Shown here one piece after another: positions 57,062-64,000 of a stretch of DNA of 64,000 bases (positions are counted from its first letter, which is position 1; each line of letters begins with the position of its first letter). A program made the position numbers and the translations under genes. Source of the stretch: Vulcanimicrobiota bacterium. Lineage in GTDB: Bacteria; Vulcanimicrobiota; Vulcanimicrobiia; Eremiobacterales; Eremiobacteraceae. The notes under the pieces were generated by a model that was given only the letters and a program-made list of their open reading frames with translations, was not told where the DNA came from and searched no databases. Location of the stretch: NCBI GenBank assembly GCA_963812135.1, contig CAWETU010000001.1, forward strand, positions 1,024,001 to 1,088,000, given 5' to 3'.

Positions 57062-59127
57062 TCCGTACCGTTAGCGCGCTGCTCGGCGCCGTGTTGGTGC
57101 TGAGCGGCCTGCTCGCTGCGCCGCTCGATGCGGCCGGCGTTCCCGTCAAGTCGACGAGCGCGAAAGTCTACGTCGCAGGACGCGAAGTGCCGTTCGAGCA
57201 CCTCGGCATCGCGTACAACGATCCGGTCGCGCCGGCGGGCGACCGCGGCGTTCGCACGATGCTCGACCTCGTCCAAGCGCAGATGAACTATCAGCCCGGC
57301 ACGCGTTTCGTGGCCATCACGCGCGCCGACGGCACGCTCATCACGCTGACCGTCGGCAGCGCGGCGCTGTCGGTCGGCGGATCAGCCGTGGCGATTCCGT
57401 TCGCCCCGTTCTACCGCGACAACGACCTCTATCTGCCGCTGCTGCCGCTTGCCAAGGCGCTGCAGTTGGGCGCGCGCGGTTTCCGCGGCGGCTACGTCTT
57501 CGTGCCGCAAGTCGTCGCCATCACCGCTCACACCGACGCACATCGAACGATCGTGGAGATGACCACGTCCGCCCCGGCTGCGTATCGCACGTCGTACGAT
57601 TCGCACTCGGGGACGCTGAAGATCATCTTCCCCGGATTCGGCACGGACTCACAAGGCACGCAGCCATTGTCTGGCCGCGATGGACTCGACGTACGCGTGA
57701 GCGAAGACGGACCACCCGGCTTTCCGACCACGACGGTCGCGATCGACGTCAAACGCGGCGTGAAATTCGCCGCGCACCGCGTCGAGGGCAAGCCGGCCGT
57801 GGATGCGGTGCTCGCGACGAGTGAGAGCGCGCTGCATTTGGATGATGGCACGCACGCGATCGGCCACGTCTCGCGCAACGACGCGAACTCATCGCCCTCG
57901 CCCGCGCCTCCCGTGCACGTCACTGCGACGCCGACGCCACAACCTTTGCCGACGGCCAGCCCAGCGCCGACGTCTCGACCGATCGCCCGGGTCACGCCTG
58001 CGCCATCTCCAACGCCGACTCCAAGCCCGACGCCAACTGCCGCGACGGCCGCTTCAACGAGCCCGGCGCCGGTGGCACCCGAGGCAACGGATAACGGCTC
58101 GCCCTCGCCAACCCCGACCGCGGCCGAGCAACACATCACCGACGCGACCATCGCCGAGATTCCCGGCGGGGGCACGCGCCTGACTCTGACGCTCACCGGC
58201 GGACCCGTGAGTTTCGAGTGGCACCGGCTGGCGGATCCGGACAACCGGTATTGGCTGGACATCAAAGGCGTCACGCTGGTCGGACCGGCGGAGACGCTGA
58301 CCTCGGCGTTGCCGTTCGTCAAGGACATCAAAATCACGCAATTCGAGCTCGACCCCGAGAAGATCGTGCGCATCACGATCGAACCGACGCAGCCGATCGA
58401 CGTCAACATCGGGCCGGTCGCGCAATCGACCGATCAGATGGGCATCCAGATCGAGCGCGAGCCGCCGCCTCCGGATGCGCCCAAGGCCGGCGTAGGCGTC
58501 GTCAGCTGGGTGCTCTTGTCGACGCCTCCACCGTCGCGCACGCCGACGCAACGCGATCTCATCGTGATCGACCCCGGGCACGGCGGCAACGATCCGGGTG
58601 CCGCGAATTCGAGCTACGGTCTCGTCGAGAAACAGCTCACCCTGGCTATCTCGCTGCGCTTGCGCGACGTGCTCCAACATCTCGGCTGGCGCGTGGTGAT
58701 GACCCGCGATTCCGACTACGAGGTCGGCGATCCCCAAGGCGCTGACGCACAGGAGCTGCAGGCGCGATGCGACGTGGCAAATGCCGCGGGCGCGCGCGTG
58801 TTCGTGAGCGTCCACGTCAATTCGTCGGTCGCCCACTCTCTCAACGGCACGACGACCTACTATTGGCGCCAAGCAGACAAAGCATTTGCGCAGGCGGTGC
58901 AGAGATCGGTCATCGTCGCCGACGGGATCACCGACGACGGCGTCAAACGCAATAACTTCTATGTCATCAAACACACCGACATGCCGGCAGTCCTGGTAGA
59001 GACCGCTTTCCTGAGCAACACGCACGATTCAGAACTGCTCGCGCGGCCGGCGTTTCTCGACAAACTCGCGCAAGGCATCGCCAACGGCGTCATGGAGTTC
59101 ACCGGCGGACCGCAGGCGCCGCTGTGA
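57058..59127 (+). CDS. N-acetylmuramoyl-L-alanine amidase (Amidase_3) with AMIN-like domains and a Pro/Thr linker
   Basis: IVIDPGHGG.DPGA, VEK, MTR, FVSVHVN, PAVLVETAFLSN. Confidence 0.92.
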   Translation: MIRTVSALLGAVLVLSGLLAAPLDAAGVPVKSTSAKVYVAGREVPFEHLGIAYNDPVAPAGDRGVRTMLDLVQAQMNYQPGTRFVAITRADGTLITLTVGSAALSVGGSAVAIPFAPFYRDNDLYLPLLPLAKALQLGARGFRGGYVFVPQVVAITAHTDAHRTIVEMTTSAPAAYRTSYDSHSGTLKIIFPGFGTDSQGTQPLSGRDGLDVRVSEDGPPGFPTTTVAIDVKRGVKFAAHRVEGKPAVDAVLATSESALHLDDGTHAIGHVSRNDANSSPSPAPPVHVTATPTPQPLPTASPAPTSRPIARVTPAPSPTPTPSPTPTAATAASTSPAPVAPEATDNGSPSPTPTAAEQHITDATIAEIPGGGTRLTLTLTGGPVSFEWHRLADPDNRYWLDIKGVTLVGPAETLTSALPFVKDIKITQFELDPEKIVRITIEPTQPIDVNIGPVAQSTDQMGIQIEREPPPPDAPKAGVGVVSWVLLSTPPPSRTPTQRDLIVIDPGHGGNDPGAANSSYGLVEKQLTLAISLRLRDVLQHLGWRVVMTRDSDYEVGDPQGADAQELQARCDVANAAGARVFVSVHVNSSVAHSLNGTTTYYWRQADKAFAQAVQRSVIVADGITDDGVKRNNFYVIKHTDMPAVLVETAFLSNTHDSELLARPAFLDKLAQGIANGVMEFTGGPQAPL

Positions 59128-59963
59128 GCGAACGTCCGCGCCCCGTGGCGATGCTCGATTCAGGTCTGGGCGGCCTCACCGTCTTGAACGCGCTGCGCGC
59201 GTTGGCGCCCGGCACCGAAGTCGTCTACTTCGCCGACACCGCAAATGTGCCGTACGGCGATCGCGCGCTTGACGACGTCGCCGCGCTGGGCGCGCGCATC
59301 GTCGAACGCCTCTCGCAGCACGATCCGGCCGTCATCGTCGTCGCATCGGGAACGACGTGCGCCGCATTCGACGCGCACGGCTGGCCATCGTCGCGCGTTC
59401 CTTATACCGGCGTGATCGATACCGGCGCCCGCGCCGCGGTGGCTGCGAGCGCGAGCGGCAGGATCGGCGTGATCGCGACGCGCGGCACGATCGACAGCGG
59501 CTGCTTCGAGCGAGGGGTGCACGCTCTCAAGCCCGATGCGCGCGTCACGAACGTCGCCGCGCCCGCGTTGGTGCCGATCGTCGAAGCCGGCGAGTCTTCA
59601 ACCGAGCGCGCGCAGGCCGCGGTCAACGCTGCATGCCGCGCGTTCGTCGACGCGCACTGTGACGCCGTGATCCTCGGCTGCACCCATTTCCCACATCTGC
59701 GCAAGTGGTTCACGGCTGCGCTCGGTCCGAGCGTGAAACTGGTGGACCCCGCCGATGCATGCGCGGCGGCGACCGTCGCGTTGTTGGCGCCCGAACCGTC
59801 CGGATCGGGGCGATTGATCTGCGAGGTGAGCGGCGACAAGCAGATGTTCGCGCGCTACGCGAAGCCGCTCGGCGCGCCGCGCATCGATGAACTCGTGCAC
59901 GTCGAATTACCACCTGCGAGGTCGCGACAAGACACCACGGGAATAACCAGGAGTGGTTCCTAA
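59124..59963 (+). CDS. murI: glutamate racemase-like protein with an atypical first catalytic motif
   Basis: DSGLGGLTV, D...PYG, IAT.GT, ILGCTHFP, LVDP; ACNT is replaced by ASGT. Confidence 0.85.
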   Translation: MSERPRPVAMLDSGLGGLTVLNALRALAPGTEVVYFADTANVPYGDRALDDVAALGARIVERLSQHDPAVIVVASGTTCAAFDAHGWPSSRVPYTGVIDTGARAAVAASASGRIGVIATRGTIDSGCFERGVHALKPDARVTNVAAPALVPIVEAGESSTERAQAAVNAACRAFVDAHCDAVILGCTHFPHLRKWFTAALGPSVKLVDPADACAAATVALLAPEPSGSGRLICEVSGDKQMFARYAKPLGAPRIDELVHVELPPARSRQDTTGITRSGS

Positions 59964-60357
59964 GGCTCAAACCTGGACACGGTTCGGAGCGATCGGTGTC
60001 GCAGCATTCGTCGCGGCTTTACTTGGATTGTTGAAGGTCGAATCGGGTTACCTGTGGCCCATAATGTTCCTGTTCCTTGCTCCGTTCCTAACAATAGCGA
60101 TCTACGTCGGTTTTTTGCGACTGGGATACGGTGCTAAACAGCAACCGGTAATACAGCCGAAGTCTATGACGATTGGGTACTTCTTTTTCGCGGCAAGTGC
60201 AATCGTATTCGCTCTGGCTCTCTTTATCATGGGGCCGACCAACGGATTCACAATCCTCGACGCGATGGTGATCGGGATGTTGCTCCTCTCCCAGGCGCTA
60301 AACATTACAGGCGTGTTGTTCGCGATTCGGCCACGTCGGACCGCGCCACTACAGTAA
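59953..60357 (+). CDS. hypothetical 4-TM membrane protein, lower GC
   Basis: AGGA upstream of GTG; four hydrophobic segments; AT-richer than its neighbours. Confidence 0.55.
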   Translation: MVPKAQTWTRFGAIGVAAFVAALLGLLKVESGYLWPIMFLFLAPFLTIAIYVGFLRLGYGAKQQPVIQPKSMTIGYFFFAASAIVFALALFIMGPTNGFTILDAMVIGMLLLSQALNITGVLFAIRPRRTAPLQ

Positions 60358-60996
60358 GTGGAAGAGGCGGAAGAAGATGAGCGTCGAGGCGATCGCCACG
60401 ACGCCGCCGGCCAACACCTGCGCGACGGTGTGCGCGCGCAGATACACGCGCGCCCAACAGACGAGCGGCACGAGCGCAGCATACGGCAATGGCTGCAGCT
60501 TGAACAGCACGAACATCACCGTGAACGGACCAACGATGCCGAAGGCATGCGTGCTGATCTTCCAATACCGCGTGATGATCATGACGACGAGGGCGGTCGC
60601 CCAATAACCCCACGCCACGGCGACGATCTGCACGGGAACTTGCGCGATGGTGAAGCCGATGGCCGCCAACAGATCGATGGCGACGATCACCAAGAAGATC
60701 TTCTCACGTTCGAAGCGGTCGGACATGTCGAAGTCCGAGATGCGCCCCGTGACGTAGAGCAGCAGCAAGCAGACGAGCGGCGCCACCGTGTACACGGTGA
60801 CGCTCACGGCCGACAAGACCCAGAACTCCTTTGTCGAAACTGAGAACGCGTGAGAGATGATGATGAACAGCGCGGACGCGCAGATGAATGGGTTGAAGAT
60901 AGTCGAGAGCGCCTTCGCGAATTCGACGGCGGCGCGATGACTGCGCATCCCGACGACGATCGGCTCGACGCGGCTGCCGCGGACCTGGGGCTGCAT
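60349..60996 (-). CDS. PAP2-like membrane protein
   Basis: About 6 TMs; KISTH and WARVYLRAHT..QV..G motifs. Confidence 0.75.
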   Translation of the reverse strand: MQPQVRGSRVEPIVVGMRSHRAAVEFAKALSTIFNPFICASALFIIISHAFSVSTKEFWVLSAVSVTVYTVAPLVCLLLLYVTGRISDFDMSDRFEREKIFLVIVAIDLLAAIGFTIAQVPVQIVAVAWGYWATALVVMIITRYWKISTHAFGIVGPFTVMFVLFKLQPLPYAALVPLVCWARVYLRAHTVAQVLAGGVVAIASTLIFFRLFHLL

Positions 60997-61003
60997 AGGT
61001 GTC

Positions 61004-61009
61004 ATTATA
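61004..61009 (-). promoter_or_regulatory. TATAAT -10 box, probable leaderless promoter
   Basis: Minus strand TATAAT-7 nt-ATG(60996) with no SD. Confidence 0.5.
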
Positions 61010-61039
61010 GCCGCGCGCAAGAAGGTCTGTAAAGTTAAA

Positions 61040-61816
61040 GTGACGCGGCGCAAACGCACGGGAGACGCATTCGAACTGCACGGCGACGATCGCGGCATCC
61101 TGCTGCTGCACGGGTTCTCAGGCAGCCCGGACGAGGTGCGCGATCTCGGCGCGCGCCTGCACGCGGAGGGCTACAGCGTCATCGCCCCGGCGCTGCCGGG
61201 TCACAGCGGCGACGTGCGCGAGCTCGATCGCATCACCGCCGACGATTATCTGGATTGGGCGTTGGCGCGGTTCGAGGCGATGGAGCGCGAATACCGCACG
61301 GTGCACGTCGTCGGTTTTTCGATGGGCGGCGCGCTCGGCTTGCACATCGCGCAGCACAAACGGCCGGCGACGGTCGTCACGATCAACACGCCGGTGCGCA
61401 TGCCGACACACGTGTTTCGCGGCGTGCATCTCGTCGCGCGCCACCGCGCGCAAACGCACTTGCCGGTGAATCCGAACGCATATTTCGGCGTCATCGGCTA
61501 TCCGACCGTGCCCGCATCGGCGGTCGCAACGTTCTTAGGGGTGCTTGCGCGAGTTCGAGAAGGGCTCGCAGACGTGCACACGCCGCTGCTCGTGATGCAC
61601 AGCGCACGTGACCTCACCGTGCCGCCTGCCAACGCCGCGTTGATCGATGCGTCGGTTGGCAGCCGCGACCGCAACGTCCTCGTGTTCAGGGAAGGGCAAC
61701 ATCTCATGACCGTGGGCCGCTGGCTCGACGTCATCGAACCCCACATCAGCGGTTTTCTCGCACGTGCGGACAGGGGCCGCGCGCGGGACGGCCGAACCTC
61801 TGGCAGGTCTTCTTGA
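61040..61816 (+). CDS. alpha/beta hydrolase carboxylesterase
   Basis: LLHGFSG, LPGH, GFSMGG nucleophile elbow, DLTVP, His in QHLM. Confidence 0.9.
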   Translation: MTRRKRTGDAFELHGDDRGILLLHGFSGSPDEVRDLGARLHAEGYSVIAPALPGHSGDVRELDRITADDYLDWALARFEAMEREYRTVHVVGFSMGGALGLHIAQHKRPATVVTINTPVRMPTHVFRGVHLVARHRAQTHLPVNPNAYFGVIGYPTVPASAVATFLGVLARVREGLADVHTPLLVMHSARDLTVPPANAALIDASVGSRDRNVLVFREGQHLMTVGRWLDVIEPHISGFLARADRGRARDGRTSGRSS

Positions 61817-61877
61817 CTTCGCGTTTCGCGTCACAATGCGGGCTCATAGGCCCGTCTTTATAGGAGCACTCGATCTT

Positions 61878-62225
61878 TTGTTAGCAACGGTTTTTGCGCT
61901 GCTGGCGGCTTCGCCCGCCGCCTCGCTGCCGACGCCGATCCCGGCGCCGACCATCATCTTCCATCAAGCGACCTTCGCGGATCAATATCCGTGGGTCGTG
62001 AATCTCATCCAAGCGCTGTTCCTCGTCTCGACGGTCGCGCTCATCGCGCTGATGTCCGCGCAGACGACCAAGACCGAAGGCTTGTCCGGCAGCATCGGCG
62101 GACGCGCTGAGTCCGCGTACCACGGGCGTTTGGGGCTCGATCAACAGATCACGCGGGTGACGACCTTCACGGCGAGCGCGTGGATCGTCTTGGCCGTCGC
62201 GTTTTTCTTCGCGACTCCCCGGTAA
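61878..62225 (+). CDS. secG: preprotein translocase subunit SecG with an N-terminal extension
   Basis: TM-Q..K..GLSGSIGG-...-L...ITRVT-TM; AGGAG RBS with TTG start. Confidence 0.75.
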   Translation: MLATVFALLAASPAASLPTPIPAPTIIFHQATFADQYPWVVNLIQALFLVSTVALIALMSAQTTKTEGLSGSIGGRAESAYHGRLGLDQQITRVTTFTASAWIVLAVAFFFATPR

Positions 62226-62235
62226 ACGCCGCCGC

Positions 62236-63327
62236 ATGCCGCTGCTGTCCGTCAAAGACCTCGAGGTAACGTTCTCGACCGACGACGGCATCGTGCGGGC
62301 GGTCAACGGACTGTCGTTCGACATCGAGCCCGGCAAGACGCTCGGCATCGTCGGCGAGTCGGGTTCGGGCAAGAGCGTCACGGCGCTCTCTATCATGCGT
62401 CTCATCTCCATGCCGCCCGGCCGCATCGAAAAGGGCGAGATCATCTTCAACGGGACTGATCTGCTCAAAGTGGGCGAGGCGCAGATGCGCAGCATCCGCG
62501 GCAACAAGATCGCCATGATCTTCCAAGACCCGATGACCAGCCTCAATCCGGTGCTGACCATCGGCGATCAGATCATGGAGACGATCATGCTGCACCAGCA
62601 CAAGAGCCGCCACGACGCGTATAAGCGCGCAATCGAGATGCTCGAGCTGGTGCGTATCCCCGAGCCGCAGAAGCGCATCAAGTCATATCCGCACCAGTTC
62701 TCGGGCGGCATGCGCCAGCGCGTCATGATCGCCATGGCGCTGTCGTGCGATCCCGAGCTGCTGATCGCGGACGAGCCGACGACGGCGCTCGACGTCACCA
62801 TCCAGGCGCAGATCCTGGACCTCATGAACGACCTGCAAAAACGATTGAACTCGGCGATCATCATGATCACGCACGACTTGGGGGTCGTGGCAGAGATCTG
62901 CGAAAAAGTGCTTGTGATGTACGCCGGCAACATGGTCGAATACGGCACCGCCGATCAGATCTTCAGCGACCCCAAGCACCCGTATACGCTCGGCCTGCTC
63001 GACTCGCTGCCGCGCCTGGACGAGGGCGGGCAGCGCCGGCTCGTGCCCATCGAAGGCCAGCCGCCCAACCTGTTGCGCCTGCCAGCCGGCTGCACGTTCG
63101 CGCCGCGCTGCCCGTATGTGCTGCCGGACCATGCGATCATCCCGCCGCCGGTCATCGATTTTGGCGAAGGCCACCTCGCGCGCTGCACCTTATATAATGA
63201 AGAACCTGGTCTGAGGATACGCGCCGAGGCCGAGCGGCTCAAGCTGGCGAGCGCCGCAGCCAAGGAGAAGGCGCGCCAAGCGGCCGCCGAGGCGCTGCCG
63301 CTATCAGGAGACGCCGGCCGTGGTTGA
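62236..63327 (+). CDS. oppD: oligopeptide ABC ATPase (OppD/DppD)
   Basis: [50 protein letters not shown]. Confidence 0.93.
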   Translation: MPLLSVKDLEVTFSTDDGIVRAVNGLSFDIEPGKTLGIVGESGSGKSVTALSIMRLISMPPGRIEKGEIIFNGTDLLKVGEAQMRSIRGNKIAMIFQDPMTSLNPVLTIGDQIMETIMLHQHKSRHDAYKRAIEMLELVRIPEPQKRIKSYPHQFSGGMRQRVMIAMALSCDPELLIADEPTTALDVTIQAQILDLMNDLQKRLNSAIIMITHDLGVVAEICEKVLVMYAGNMVEYGTADQIFSDPKHPYTLGLLDSLPRLDEGGQRRLVPIEGQPPNLLRLPAGCTFAPRCPYVLPDHAIIPPPVIDFGEGHLARCTLYNEEPGLRIRAEAERLKLASAAAKEKARQAAAEALPLSGDAGRG

Positions 63328-64000
63328 CGTCGCCCCGATCGCCGCGCCTCCGCAGGAAGCGCCGCCGGATCCGAACGCGATCGTCGAAGTCCGCCACGTC
63401 AAGAAATATTTCCCGATCACCGCCGGCGTGTTCTCGCGCCACGTGGCCGACGTCAAGGCGGTCGACGACGTGTCGTTCTCGATCCGCGCGGGCGAAACGC
63501 TCGGGCTCGTCGGCGAATCGGGCTCGGGCAAGACGACCATCGGGCGCTGCATCCTGCGCCTGCTCGAGCCGACGAGCGGTCACATCTTCTTCGAGCGCCA
63601 GGACATCACGAGTCTGCCGCAAGGCGCGCCGCTGTGGGACCGCGCCGCGCCCAACATGCGCACGCTGCGCAGCGAGATGCAGATCATCTTCCAGGACCCG
63701 TACGCGAGCCTCAATCCGCGCATGACGGTCGGCGACATCATCGCAGAACCGCTGCAGATCCACGGCATCGACGGCCAACCGCATCCCAACCGCGCGGATA
63801 TCGAAAAGCGCGTGAACGACTTGCTGCGCACGGTCAAGCTTGCGCCGTACCACGCCAACCGCTATCCGCACGAGTTCTCCGGCGGCCAGCGCCAGCGGAT
63901 CGGCATCGCCCGTGCGCTCGCGGTCAACCCGAAGTTCATCGTCGCGGACGAACCGGTCTCGGCGCTCGACGTTTCGATCCAGGCGCAGGTCGTCAATCTG
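63320..64000 (+). CDS. oppF: oligopeptide ABC ATPase (OppF/DppF), partial
   Basis: CAGGAG RBS and GTG 63320; [55 protein letters not shown]; runs off the window. Confidence 0.92.
   Translation, partial: MVDVAPIAAPPQEAPPDPNAIVEVRHVKKYFPITAGVFSRHVADVKAVDDVSFSIRAGETLGLVGESGSGKTTIGRCILRLLEPTSGHIFFERQDITSLPQGAPLWDRAAPNMRTLRSEMQIIFQDPYASLNPRMTVGDIIAEPLQIHGIDGQPHPNRADIEKRVNDLLRTVKLAPYHANRYPHEFSGGQRQRIGIARALAVNPKFIVADEPVSALDVSIQAQVVNL

Noticed and set aside
57890..58125. Tandem repeat or CRISPR-like periodicity
   Set aside because: Coding Pro/Thr/Ser linker of the amidase; no fixed repeat-spacer structure and no cas genes

Overview
High-GC bacterial chromosomal window that is mostly housekeeping and envelope genes. 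There is no prophage, IS, CRISPR array or rRNA. The lineage is probably a diderm Terrabacteria-type organism such as Ca. Eremiobacterota/WPS-2; this is inferred from gene style only. Gene order: TlpA thioredoxin; MarR, RND pump (MFP, AcrB-like permease, TolC), a cupredoxin and three tandem family-5 peptide-binding lipoproteins; DAG/lipid kinase; M50 protease; an AhpD/CMD-like gene with an in-frame UGA; hemL; acyl-CoA and benzoate-CoA ligases opposite a Liv-type ABC importer; OmpR/HK pair; HD-GYP; cupredoxin; a LeuA-like DRE-TIM enzyme; dppA; ubiX; der-plsY-efp; miaB-mutS-GGDEF-mutL-miaA-hfq-dapF-radical SAM; two TrkA genes; tRNA-Pro(CGG); uvrC; tmRNA; GerMN-amidase-murI; secG; oppD/oppF. The most interesting signals concern recoding and repeats. 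(1) A probable selenoprotein (CxxU plus a SECIS-like hairpin) that the ORF track splits in two. (2) Up to three genes of one operon appear to start at ATC/ATA codons, two of them in 'ATAA' stop/start overlaps. (3) GTAG-type REP palindromes that overlap coding sequence, supply stop codons and sit in frame inside proteins. (4) Several proteins with altered catalytic residues (MurI, a cupredoxin, HD-GYP). Starts were refined by eye and no database searches were run.
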